Shown in pieces: positions 39,358-48,611 of a stretch of DNA of 64,000 nucleotides. This stretch comes from Candidatus Dojkabacteria bacterium. GTDB taxonomy: Bacteria > Patescibacteriota > Dojkabacteria > B142 > OLB20. The position numbers and the translations under genes were made by a program. The stretch covers positions 450,335 to 514,334 of the forward strand of contig DAOMOX010000001.1 in NCBI GenBank assembly GCA_035444565.1, in the 5' to 3' direction. Below the pieces are notes generated by a model. The model did not search any database and was not told the origin of the DNA. It saw only the letters and a program-made list of their open reading frames with translations. Position 1 is the stretch's first letter. Each line of letters starts with the position of its first letter.

Positions 39358-39960
39358 CTAAGAGGTTTCTAAATATTTCCTGTATTCTTTGTCATTATTA
39401 ATGAGTTCGTCAATCGATGTTTTAATTATTTTTGTTCTATTTGTACCTCGATTGAACTGCACCCAATCCAAATAATTCCGTTCATATTGATTTAAAACCA
39501 GATTAAATCGAGTTTTGTTATTATAATCCTGATATTTATTAATAAAAGCAGTGATAATTTTTTCTATGTTGTTTGGTTTGTATTCGGCAATTTCTAAATG
39601 TTCAGAATCAATTCCATGGATGAACATTTGATTAAAGTATCTATGTTTCTTCCCTTGCCATAGAACTAGGGTAGGTTTTTGTTTTTGGAGAGCTAGTGTG
39701 ATTTGATGACCAGTACTGAAGTTTGACACTGTGTCTTCAATAATAACTAATTGTGCTTGATTGATTGCTAATACACATTTTTTATAGATTGCTTTAATAT
39801 CTCTGACATTTAAATCCCCATCATTAATTTTTTCGCCGGTGTGTTTGAGCCAATCTCTAGTTAAAGTGTGATTCTCTTGAACGAGATAATCTCTAATTGC
39901 GAAATATGTTTTCTTGTATCTGTTGAATTCCACAGTGGAGGCGGTGAAGTATATTTTCAT
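39358..39960 (-). CDS. nucleoside 2-deoxyribosyltransferase-like domain with C-terminal ribbon-helix-helix-like segment
   Basis: KIYFTAS...AQLVIIE.T..NFSTGHQI..AL...KPTLVL; then TRFNLVL...YLDW......RTKII. Confidence 0.65.
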   Translation of the reverse strand: MKIYFTASTVEFNRYKKTYFAIRDYLVQENHTLTRDWLKHTGEKINDGDLNVRDIKAIYKKCVLAINQAQLVIIEDTVSNFSTGHQITLALQKQKPTLVLWQGKKHRYFNQMFIHGIDSEHLEIAEYKPNNIEKIITAFINKYQDYNNKTRFNLVLNQYERNYLDWVQFNRGTNRTKIIKTSIDELINNDKEYRKYLETS

Positions 39961-39989
39961 ATGTGGATATTATGTGCATAATGTGCATA
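39961..39989 (-). promoter_or_regulatory. putative autoregulatory operator
   Basis: ATGTG(G/C)ATA three times (39961, 39972, 39981), abutting the start codon. Confidence 0.5.
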
Positions 39990-40037
39990 TATTTTACGAC
40001 TCTGTTATTTTATAATCAAATTAATTAATAAATACTC

Positions 40038-40544
40038 ATGGAAAAAATTGATGAATATCTGGATAAAAACCTGAATTATGTTCCTGCTGTTGCTGGATTT
40101 ATGGTTAAAGATGGGAAGGTATTACTTGGGTTGCGAAAGAAAGTTTCGAATGATTTGGGTAAAGACCTTTATGCAGGAATAGGGGGGAAAGTTGAGGTGA
40201 ATGAATCTACGGATGAATGTTTAGAAAGAGAAATATTAGAAGAAATTGGAGTAAAAGTCACCAAATATCAAAAACTTGGCCAATTAAAATATATTAATCC
40301 GCATAATCCCAAGTGGGATATGGAAGGACATTTCTATTTAATTAGAGAATGGGAAGGCGAACCGCATGAAACAGATGTTATAAAGCCAATCTGGTTTGAC
40401 ATCGAAGAAATCCCAACTGATAACATGTTTAGTGATAATAAATATTGGCTAGACTTGCTCTTCGCAGGGAAGAGCTTCGAAGGAGTATTTTTATTTGGTA
40501 GCGAAAAAAGTCAGGTGGAGGAGTATAGACTCATAGAAATATAA
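40038..40544 (+). CDS. NUDIX hydrolase (8-oxo-dGTPase-like)
   Basis: GIGGKVE.NES...LEREILEEIG, WEGEP.ET...P.WF...IP..M..D..YWL. Confidence 0.9.
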   Translation: MEKIDEYLDKNLNYVPAVAGFMVKDGKVLLGLRKKVSNDLGKDLYAGIGGKVEVNESTDECLEREILEEIGVKVTKYQKLGQLKYINPHNPKWDMEGHFYLIREWEGEPHETDVIKPIWFDIEEIPTDNMFSDNKYWLDLLFAGKSFEGVFLFGSEKSQVEEYRLIEI

Positions 40545-40697
40545 TTCTACAGACAAAATTCTAAAAAATAATCTTCAAGAGTACTCCTATGACTGCAAGT
40601 TGTTTCGCTAGACATCTTAGTGATACTTAATTATCATAATTTATGAATATAGAAATATTAGTTAATTTAATTTCTTATATAGTTAGGTAAAAATAAC

Positions 40698-41600
40698 ATG
40701 AAACACTTCGTTAAACTCAAGTTGTTATTCTTATTATTTATATTTGGTTTATTTTACATACTCTTCGTATATTTCAACAGCACCAACAAAGATATTAAGA
40801 ATCCACAAACAGCATTCGAGTCTTTGCAGTATCATACATGTCCTTATACATTGAAAGTGTCTGGGAAAAATATATCTGCAGATTGGATAGGTGGGGCTTA
40901 CATAGTAGGCGAGGAAGGATACTATTGGATAATTAACAATTGTGAAAAATTTATTGAGTCTAGTCCTCCCATACTCTCAAATTTAGGAATTGCCCCAATT
41001 GATTTCGAAGCCTTCGATCCTGCTACTTTAATGGCTGGTGCTTTCAGGTTCGAACAACCCAAAGATGACCGCAAACCAATTAGTTCTTTTGGAGAAGTAA
41101 AAGAATATAATTATAACTATTCTCTTTCTTTTGATTTTCTCGAACCGGGAACAGATGTAATAGCAGCATTGGATAGTGAAGTACGTGATATTTCTTTCGA
41201 TATGATTAGTTCGAATTATACATTAATATTATCTTATAACGACATTTATCAAATATATTATTCTGGTGTTTTGGACTTGCAAGTATCTGAAGGTGAAAAG
41301 GTTAAAGCTGGTCAAGTATTAGGAAAGCTGGGATTAAATGATGAAGGGGCCTTAGCAAACTTCCAGATAAGAATCTCTAAAGAAAATTTAATTAACGACT
41401 CTACATTATATTATTGTCCCCTTCAATTATTGCCCTCCGAAACCAAAGCAGAATATGAATCTAAATTAAAATTATTAATGGAAGAGTGGGAAAATTTTAT
41501 AGATAATTCAATGATTTATGAAGAGTTGGATTATTCTATACCTGGTTGTATCAATGAGTTTAAACTATACAGACCAGGGCCTGGTCCCGTTCCTCTCTAA
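40698..41600 (+). CDS. M23 peptidase-like fold protein, catalytic His residues apparently absent
   Basis: PGTDVIAA..S.V, LQVSEGEKVKAGQVLGKLG, YCP; no HxH. Confidence 0.6.
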   Translation: MKHFVKLKLLFLLFIFGLFYILFVYFNSTNKDIKNPQTAFESLQYHTCPYTLKVSGKNISADWIGGAYIVGEEGYYWIINNCEKFIESSPPILSNLGIAPIDFEAFDPATLMAGAFRFEQPKDDRKPISSFGEVKEYNYNYSLSFDFLEPGTDVIAALDSEVRDISFDMISSNYTLILSYNDIYQIYYSGVLDLQVSEGEKVKAGQVLGKLGLNDEGALANFQIRISKENLINDSTLYYCPLQLLPSETKAEYESKLKLLMEEWENFIDNSMIYEELDYSIPGCINEFKLYRPGPGPVPL

Positions 41601-41725
41601 TTCAACTCTTCGAGATAAGTGATTTAACTACATTTATTCTATAGAGAATTAAAGTGTGAAAAAGGTTGGCTCGTATGAGAATTAATTTATATGGTAATAT
41701 TTAATTTACTTTTAAATTTTATAAA

Positions 41726-41968
41726 ATGTCTAGTAAGGTTCTAAATTTTTTTGAATCGGCTGGTTTTGGTGTTCTTATGGTTGTGATATTTTGTCTTATA
41801 TATTTTATCTCGACTCCTTTTGTTAAAGTATTTATGGGTGATATCAGAGAGTTTGACCAAGTGCAGACCAGTACAGTTTTAACCACAGTATATATAATGC
41901 TATTAATACTATCCCCACAAGTTTGGTTCTTCTCCACGTTATATTTCTTCGATAGAAATAAAAAATAG
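41726..41968 (+). CDS. small hypothetical membrane protein
   Basis: 80 aa, 2 TM segments. Confidence 0.5.
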   Translation: MSSKVLNFFESAGFGVLMVVIFCLIYFISTPFVKVFMGDIREFDQVQTSTVLTTVYIMLLILSPQVWFFSTLYFFDRNKK

Positions 41969-42009
41969 GAATTTAGAGAAATCAAGGCAATGATATAACT
42001 CATGTTAAA

Positions 42010-42417
42010 ATGAGTAAATTATTATCATTCATGGACCAATCAGAATTCGAACAACTTGTTAAGAAAGGAATAGAGGAAATTCCTCTGGAATTTAGACAGA
42101 AATTAGACAATGTTGCCATCTTCGTCTCGCCTTACCCAAATCACGAACAACAAATGAAGATAAATTTAAGACCGGGCTGGACTTTGTTTGGACTTTACGA
42201 AGGTGTGCCACTGACTAAAAGAGGTACAAACTACGCAATGGCTATGCCAGACAGGATTACAATTTTTCAAGGGCCGATTCAAAATGCTACGCGAGGAGAT
42301 GTTGATAGAATGCGTGATGTTGTGAAAAATACAGTTTGGCATGAAATCGCACACCACTTTGGGATGGATGAGAATGAAGTGCGTGAGGCTGAGAGGAAGA
42401 GAGGTGTGGGGTATTAA
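42010..42417 (+). CDS. zincin-like metallopeptidase (DUF1025/minigluzincin)
   Basis: LFGLYEGVPL..R, PDRITIF, TVWHEIAHHFG. Confidence 0.92.
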   Translation: MSKLLSFMDQSEFEQLVKKGIEEIPLEFRQKLDNVAIFVSPYPNHEQQMKINLRPGWTLFGLYEGVPLTKRGTNYAMAMPDRITIFQGPIQNATRGDVDRMRDVVKNTVWHEIAHHFGMDENEVREAERKRGVGY

Positions 42418-42436
42418 TTCACACCTAAATAGTAAT

Positions 42437-42792
42437 CGGGATCCCGTGCTTAAAGCACGGAATGACTGCAGGGGCTTTTGACTCTCCTCGTCACTTCGTA
42501 GTTCATCCCGAAAAGGAAATGAACGCCTTCGCGTCTCTCCGTGGTTTAACCGCGGAGTCCCATTTTTCTTCTCACTTGAACTTATAGGTCCTACGAGATC
42601 CCGTGCTTAAAGCACGGGAAGACCTCAGGGGCTTCGACTCTCCTCGTCACTTCGTAGTTCGTCCCGAAAAGGAAATGAACGCCTCCGCGTCTCTCCGCGG
42701 TTTAACCGCGGAGTCCCGTTTTTATTCTCACACGAGCATAAAGGGTATACGGGTTCCCGTGCTTAAAGCACGGGAAGACGGCGGAGTCCCGT
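42437..42792 (+). repeat. REP/REPIN-like cluster 2: about 157-bp tandem unit x2.3
   Basis: CCCGTGCTTAAAGCACGG hairpin in units starting 42437, 42594 and 42750, alternating with CGTCTCTCCG(C/T)GGTTTAACCGCGGAGTCCC. Confidence 0.92.
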
Positions 42793-42863
42793 ACATCCAC
42801 TCAATCGACTTCTCTCCATCATGAAATTAGGAGTATAATCAAATAATAATTAATCTTCGCAAA

Positions 42864-43154
42864 ATGAAAAACGAAAACAAATATTGGTTCAAAAGAAAAA
42901 GATATGGATATGGCTGGACACCATCGAGTTTAGAAGGATGGCTGTTAATAGTAGCTTACTTGATTATAATTATTATGGGAGTCATATTATTCTCCGATAA
43001 ACTTGAATCAGGCGATACTTTGTATTCAATTGGATATCTAATTTTCATCATTACAACTACTTCAATCTTGTTACTTTTCACTGTCCGAAAAGCTCCGAAA
43101 GGCAAATGGAGATGGGGGTGGAAAGAAGGTGATGATAAAAGTGAGGATTTTTAA
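42864..43154 (+). CDS. small conserved membrane protein
   Basis: YWFKRKRYGYGWTP..EGW and KWRWG motifs. Confidence 0.8.
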   Translation: MKNENKYWFKRKRYGYGWTPSSLEGWLLIVAYLIIIIMGVILFSDKLESGDTLYSIGYLIFIITTTSILLLFTVRKAPKGKWRWGWKEGDDKSEDF

Positions 43155-43604
43155 ATGCAAACGAAAGATAACGCTCATTTCCACATCGTCACAGTTAAAG
43201 CATGGGTGAAGAAAGGCGATAAATATCTTTTGGCGAGAAGAGGAATGAGTGAAGTTCATATGCCAGGAGTTTGGTCCATTCCGGGCGGAAAAGTCGATGA
43301 CGATGGCGAAACAGTGAATATCTTGCAAGAAACTCTCAAAAGAGAGGTACTCGAAGAAGTTGGTGTTGAGATTACTGACGAAATTGATTTAGTTTACAAT
43401 AACTCCTTCAAACGTTCTGACGGAGCATCGGTAGTGGGACTAACTTTCCTTTGTCATTGGAAGACTGGTGAAGCACAGCCATTGGAGGAAACTTTAGAAG
43501 TAGGTTGGTTCACATTGGATGAGTTGATTGACAAGGAAGATGTAGCGGATTTTTTGAAGAGGGAGATAAGAGCTTTGGCAACTTTTGTGAATTCCTTAGA
43601 ATAG
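43155..43604 (+). CDS. NUDIX hydrolase
   Basis: WSIPGGKVD...LKREVLEEVG. Confidence 0.9.
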   Translation: MQTKDNAHFHIVTVKAWVKKGDKYLLARRGMSEVHMPGVWSIPGGKVDDDGETVNILQETLKREVLEEVGVEITDEIDLVYNNSFKRSDGASVVGLTFLCHWKTGEAQPLEETLEVGWFTLDELIDKEDVADFLKREIRALATFVNSLE

Positions 43605-43883
43605 CCCACCTTTTGGCATTCCAGCCTCGGGTTTTCGCTTTTTCTTCTTGCCACATTTAACTTCCACAACTGGTGTAGAATTAAGCATATTCAAAGAATC
43701 CTCTGTTATGGTGTTTAAAACAATACATGCTTCTGTCCCAAAAGCTCCTAATTTTTCATATTTATCTCCTCCCCCCAATAACCAATCAGTAAGTCTAATG
43801 AAACATCTCCCGACAGGCAATATCCCTAGTTCAGTTGTTGGTGGATCAAGTTCTCCCATGAAAAATACGAAATTAAATTGCAT
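43596..43883 (-). CDS. small hypothetical protein
   Basis: 95-aa ORF with a minus-strand TATAGT/TATAAT-like element immediately before the ATG. Confidence 0.4.
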   Translation of the reverse strand: MQFNFVFFMGELDPPTTELGILPVGRCFIRLTDWLLGGGDKYEKLGAFGTEACIVLNTITEDSLNMLNSTPVVEVKCGKKKKRKPEAGMPKGGLF

Positions 43884-43924
43884 TATACTATAGAAATTAG
43901 GTTTTTAGAGCTTTGTTAACACTT

Positions 43925-44087
43925 CGCGTTTCTCCGCGGTTAACCTGCCCTGCCGAAAGGGAGGGACCGCGGAGTCCCGTTATTATTCTCACTCGAACTT
44001 ATGGGACATACGGAATCCCGTGGTTAAACCACGGGATGACCTCAGGGTCCAGATTGCTTGCTTAAAGCACGGAATGACCACGGAGTC
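43925..44087 (+). repeat. REP/REPIN-like cluster 3
   Basis: Same two hairpins and spacer as clusters 1 and 2, with a 22-bp insert at 43944-43965. Confidence 0.88.
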
Positions 44088-44211
44088 GAACATTCGCCGT
44101 TACTTCGCAGTATAAGTACGAAAAGAACCAAGAATTCATATTCAAATGTTGAGTATTGTCATCCCCTCACCAATATTATAATATACCAATATAATTCATT
44201 ATTTATCCAAA

Positions 44212-44991
44212 ATGAAACTAACGGATTCCCCACAAACGTATCGTAAGCTTAAATTGTACAATCTCGTTATGGGATTTCTACATCTTTTGCAAGGTGTTTT
44301 GATGGTCGTTGTCAGTAATGACACATCAGCGAAGTTAACTACTGAGTTTTTGAAGTTTGATACACAGGCGATGCAGGTATTGCAAGAGAAAGAGGTCCTC
44401 TTTGAATTGCCATTAGGTTATTCAGTAGCAGTTTTCCTGTTTATGTCCGCTTTGGCTCATTTCATTATTGGCACAGTATATTTCCCCAAATATGTTGAAA
44501 ATCTTAAAAAAGGTGCTAATTACGCTAGATGGATTGAATATGCATTTAGTTCGTCATGGATGATTGTGATTATCGGGATTTTGGTTGGAATGTTTGATGC
44601 CCCAAGTTTGATTTTACTGTTCTTCTTGAACATGATGATGATTTTGTTTGGATATGTTATGGAATTGCATAATCAAACGACATCCAAGACAGATTGGACA
44701 TCATTCATCTATGGTTGTATCGCAGGTGCAGTTCCTTGGGTAGTGATGGGTTGGTATTTCTATGGGGCAGTTCAAAACACAAATGAAGTCGCAGTTGTTC
44801 CAAACTTTGTTTACGGAATTTTCATCTCGCTACTAGTCTTCTTCAATGTTTTCGCTATCAATATGATCCTGCAATACAAAAGAGTTGGAAGATGGAAAAA
44901 TTATCTTTTTGGAGAGGTAGTCTATATTGCTCTAAGTTTAGTAGCTAAATCATTACTAGCTTGGCAAGTATGGAGTGGGACACTTCGCTAG
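44212..44991 (+). CDS. heliorhodopsin
   Basis: N..MGFLH..Q, SALAH, RWIEYAFSSSWM, and YIALSLVAKSLLAWQV with the retinal-binding Lys. Confidence 0.95.
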   Translation: MKLTDSPQTYRKLKLYNLVMGFLHLLQGVLMVVVSNDTSAKLTTEFLKFDTQAMQVLQEKEVLFELPLGYSVAVFLFMSALAHFIIGTVYFPKYVENLKKGANYARWIEYAFSSSWMIVIIGILVGMFDAPSLILLFFLNMMMILFGYVMELHNQTTSKTDWTSFIYGCIAGAVPWVVMGWYFYGAVQNTNEVAVVPNFVYGIFISLLVFFNVFAINMILQYKRVGRWKNYLFGEVVYIALSLVAKSLLAWQVWSGTLR

Positions 44992-45584
44992 GCTTTTTTG
45001 TGAAGAGCCCAGTAGTACCTATGAAATACTGGGCGAATTAGCAGATGCGTTATGAAAGAAAATAAAATAAATTGCATTATCATTACAAACTGATCAGCTA
45101 GTAACTTTGTATCTGCACCGATAAAGATTGCGAACAATATTAGAAATAAACTAATCCCAATTTGAACAAAGTACTTCACAGGTAATTTATTCATTAACCA
45201 GGGTTCTTCCCCAAACCACCATACAGCTTTCGGAACAAATTTCTCCCAACCCTAATAAGGATTTAAAATAAACCATAGCAAATCCCAGAACATTGTCCAA
45301 ACTAAATAAATTGCCAAAAGTTCCAATTCGGCAATTAATGTAAATTCAATCCCGAAAAAGAAAGGAGAGTGCATAAAAAGAAATAGAAAGATATTTAAGA
45401 ACAAGTGATATCCAGTTAGAACTTTAGCACCTGTAAAAAGTCGAAATATTTTAGGAGGCATAAATTCTCTGCTCCACGTCGCGCTTTTTTCTGCCCATCC
45501 ATACTTACCTTCAAGCTCAATCTCAAATAGAGCAATGCTTAGTGCAACACAAAACCAGAATAGTGAAATTATCAACATATACAT
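44988..45584 (-). pseudogene. membrane protein split by one in-frame TAG
   Basis: EIELEGKYGWA...TGYH...WFILNPY*GWEKF...WW...NKLPVKY reads as one frame; TAG at 45252-45254. Confidence 0.75.
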
Positions 45585-45694
45585 TTATTAATTTCTTAAT
45601 AATACAAAAATAACTTTTTTAACACAAAAATAGATATGTGGTATATAATATTTATATAGTTAAGTTGTTTTATTTTATTTATTAATTATTTAAT

Positions 45695-46393
45695 ATGAAA
45701 TTTTTAAAAATACAAGCAGTAATAATGGCATTGGTTTTAGTTACCATTCCTTTCTTAGGAATTAAAGACGTCAATGCATTCACAAGTTATAAAAGGACCG
45801 AGGGATACAACATCACTCTTGAAAGACAAGCAGTTGTGGGTAAAGGTGACAAATTATCACTTGAAGCAAAATTCTTCAATTCACAAAATGCAGACAGCTA
45901 CAAATGGAATTGGAATATTTGTGGAACAAAATCTACAACAACTACCACTACTTGGTATGCTAAGAAAAACTTTACATTTAAAAATGTCGGCAACTGTGTA
46001 GTTACAGTCGATGGTCAGGCTATTTATGAAGCAAAGATGGTGAATGGTCAACCTACAGATGGAGTGATTATTCCAGGAACTGTTACAGACACAGTAAAGG
46101 TTCTTCCTTCAGAAACAGTAACAGTAAACATAGCAGGACCTTCTAGTGCAAAAGTAGGTCAGACATTTTGGCTAGAATCTGCTTATAGTGGAGCAAGTAA
46201 CTATAATAAATTGAACTGGAAATGGAGTTCAAAAGGAGTATGTAAGGGAACAAGTGAATGGGGTCAACCTACAACCAAAATTGGTGAGACCGGTGATTCA
46301 AAGGGAACATGTACAAAAACTCTTAATTTAAGAGTTGAGTATCCAAATAAAGTCGTAAAAGGTGTTGCAGTGAAGAATATTAGTATTTACTAA
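45695..46393 (+). CDS. secreted protein with two Ig/PKD-like disulfide domains
   Basis: Signal peptide; WNWNIC..GNC and WKWSSKGVC..GTC; similar to the N-terminal half of 57188..58474. Confidence 0.65.
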   Translation: MKFLKIQAVIMALVLVTIPFLGIKDVNAFTSYKRTEGYNITLERQAVVGKGDKLSLEAKFFNSQNADSYKWNWNICGTKSTTTTTTWYAKKNFTFKNVGNCVVTVDGQAIYEAKMVNGQPTDGVIIPGTVTDTVKVLPSETVTVNIAGPSSAKVGQTFWLESAYSGASNYNKLNWKWSSKGVCKGTSEWGQPTTKIGETGDSKGTCTKTLNLRVEYPNKVVKGVAVKNISIY

Positions 46394-46410
46394 TAGCTAA
46401 AGAAAAGATT

Positions 46411-46438
46411 AAAAGGGCTCCTTAGGGAGCCCTTTTTT
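46411..46438 (+). terminator. intrinsic terminator, possibly bidirectional
   Basis: AAAAGGGCTCC hairpin closing with GGAGCCCTTTTTT. Confidence 0.85.
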
Positions 46439-46477
46439 GTTGCATAAGCTATAATCTTATAAATTATCAATCTAAGC

Positions 46478-47161
46478 ATGGATAATGTCGATAAATATGC
46501 GAAAACCCTCTGGGATTATCACCACTTAAATCATGAAGTTAAGAAGGCGGATATATTGATGTGTTTTACATCTCTAGATTTATCGGTTGCCAAATACTGT
46601 GCTAAATTATTTCATAAAAACTATGCACCTCTGGTTTTAATCTCTGGTGGAAATGCTACCAATAAATGGATTCCAGACGAGGAAAATTTACAGCGTACAA
46701 ATTGGGGTACTGATTCGGAGGCAGAGAAATATTATGAAGTAGTTCTCGAGAATGGTGTCCCAAAGGAATCAATTTTGCTCGAAACCAAATCGACAAATTC
46801 TGGGGAAAACGTTACTTTCTCATATGAAATTCTCAAAGAGAAAAATTTAATTCCTAGAGCAGTGATATTAGTTCATAAACCTACTATGGAAAGAAGGGCA
46901 TATGCTGTTTTTAAGAACTATTGGCCTATTAAAAATACTAAATTGATGGTAACTTCAATGCCTATCACTTATGAGGATTACGTAGGGAAAGTAATTGATC
47001 GAGATGTAATAATTAATATTATGGTCGGAGACCTTCAAAGAATCAAATTGTATCCAGAAATGGGTTTTCAAGTTAATCAAGAAATTCCTGATGAAGTCTC
47101 GGTTGCATACGAGGAATTAGTTAAACGAGGTTACGATAAACATTTAATCGCGAAGAAATGA
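46478..47161 (+). CDS. YdcF/DUF218 family protein
   Basis: LWDYH, ISGG, EA, ETKSTNSGEN, HKP.MERRAY, MVGDLQRI..YP..GFQ..Q. Confidence 0.92.
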   Translation: MDNVDKYAKTLWDYHHLNHEVKKADILMCFTSLDLSVAKYCAKLFHKNYAPLVLISGGNATNKWIPDEENLQRTNWGTDSEAEKYYEVVLENGVPKESILLETKSTNSGENVTFSYEILKEKNLIPRAVILVHKPTMERRAYAVFKNYWPIKNTKLMVTSMPITYEDYVGKVIDRDVIINIMVGDLQRIKLYPEMGFQVNQEIPDEVSVAYEELVKRGYDKHLIAKK

Positions 47162-47200
47162 ATCACTGATAAGTGTATAATTAATAAAATATTTCATATC

Positions 47201-47662
47201 ATGAACACTTTCAATAACGTAATATTCGGACAAAAAGCTTTTATCATTAACGATGAAGGGGAGATTTTAATTGTTAAACGCGACAAAGAATTAATTTATG
47301 TAAATAAATGGGATGTGCCAGGTGGAAAACTAGATAATGATGAAACTTTGTTTGAGGCCCTGAATCGTGAAATTAAAGAGGAAGTTGGTCTAAAATTAGA
47401 TAAAATAATCTGTACATTATCCAGCTCGAAGTTCAAAGGTAAACTTGGAAATGACCTAATTGTATATAGAAATATTTATTTATGTAGTGCCAAAGGAAAA
47501 GTAGAATTAAGCGCAGAACATTCTGAATATAAATGGGTAAAGCCAGAAGATTTGTCTAATTATGAATTTGCAGATGACAAAGATTTAGCTGATATCATAA
47601 AGTCGCTTCCAGAAATTCTATTAAATTTAAATACAAATATTTCATATTCAAAATTAATTTAA
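47201..47662 (+). CDS. NUDIX hydrolase
   Basis: WDVPGGKL..DE...ALNREIKEEVG, LSAEHSEYKW. Confidence 0.9.
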   Translation: MNTFNNVIFGQKAFIINDEGEILIVKRDKELIYVNKWDVPGGKLDNDETLFEALNREIKEEVGLKLDKIICTLSSSKFKGKLGNDLIVYRNIYLCSAKGKVELSAEHSEYKWVKPEDLSNYEFADDKDLADIIKSLPEILLNLNTNISYSKLI

Positions 47663-47669
47663 AAAAGCT

Positions 47670-48611
47670 ATGGACGAAGGATCACAAAAGGCAAAATCAA
47701 TGTTTATCAAACTTGCAATAGTAGTGGTAATACTATTGACATTATTGTGTATTGGGATATTTTTACTTATGTCACGATTGGGTGGTGGTTTTCTAAATAG
47801 ACAGGAAGATTTAAATACAGCCCCTACGACTACACCTATCATCGGTTTAACTCCGACGATTATCGACTTTTCAAGTAGATGGACAAAGTATATCGACCGT
47901 GCGTATTTGTATAAGTTTGATATTCAACAGTCGTGGGAAATTGATTATGACGCACCAGAAGATGATGTTTTATTCATTGCGGACGATGAAAGCTCCCTAG
48001 GTGTGAGAGCAGTTCAGCATAATTACGAAACTGTAGACGATTATGTATTATCTTTAGATATTGAAAATGCTACTGCAAATGCGGGATTGCCAGCAGTAAT
48101 TGTGGAATGGTCGAATATCTACAAAATCGATCAGGATGCAGAAGTGATTAGGCGAAAAGAGAAAATTGTCGAAGATGACAAAGTAGTGATTCGTAATTAT
48201 CTGATGAAAGAAGAATACATCTTTATTTTCACGACTTATTCCTTAACAAACGAAACTGCTGAGACAAGTGAAATGTTCCTCGAATTTCTAAATGTAATAG
48301 GAACGTTTGAATATAAGACAGATCGTTTTGAAGCAGAGGGTACAATAGTAACGGGAGAGGGTGCGGGCAAACCTCAGTGTCCAGATGGATATTATCTTAA
48401 AATTGAAGGCTCATATTTGAGATCGAGTAATAGTTCACTTTTACTTCGTAGTATTACCCCGGGAGATGGAAACGAATATCCATTATTTCAGAATAGGAAT
48501 TTACTCGGTCAGAGTGTGAAAATAAATGCAATCTATGATACTGAAAAAATCTTATGCAGAGGTTTAAGTTGTGATTGCGAAGACTATTTACTCATTGAGA
48601 GTTTTGAATAA
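47670..48611 (+). CDS. single-pass surface protein (PsbP-like region plus Cys-containing C-terminus)
   Basis: TM helix, PT linker, W.KY....Y.F....W...TF. Confidence 0.6.
   Translation: MDEGSQKAKSMFIKLAIVVVILLTLLCIGIFLLMSRLGGGFLNRQEDLNTAPTTTPIIGLTPTIIDFSSRWTKYIDRAYLYKFDIQQSWEIDYDAPEDDVLFIADDESSLGVRAVQHNYETVDDYVLSLDIENATANAGLPAVIVEWSNIYKIDQDAEVIRRKEKIVEDDKVVIRNYLMKEEYIFIFTTYSLTNETAETSEMFLEFLNVIGTFEYKTDRFEAEGTIVTGEGAGKPQCPDGYYLKIEGSYLRSSNSSLLLRSITPGDGNEYPLFQNRNLLGQSVKINAIYDTEKILCRGLSCDCEDYLLIESFE

Noticed and set aside
42437-42792. CRISPR or TIGR-like array
   Set aside because: Inter-repeat segments are homologous to each other rather than unique spacers, the unit is about 157 bp, and no cas or Nop-domain gene is in the window.
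42603-42824. 73-aa ORF, and the similar ORF 44058..44246
   Set aside because: Both are translations of palindromic repeat DNA (MLKAR...).
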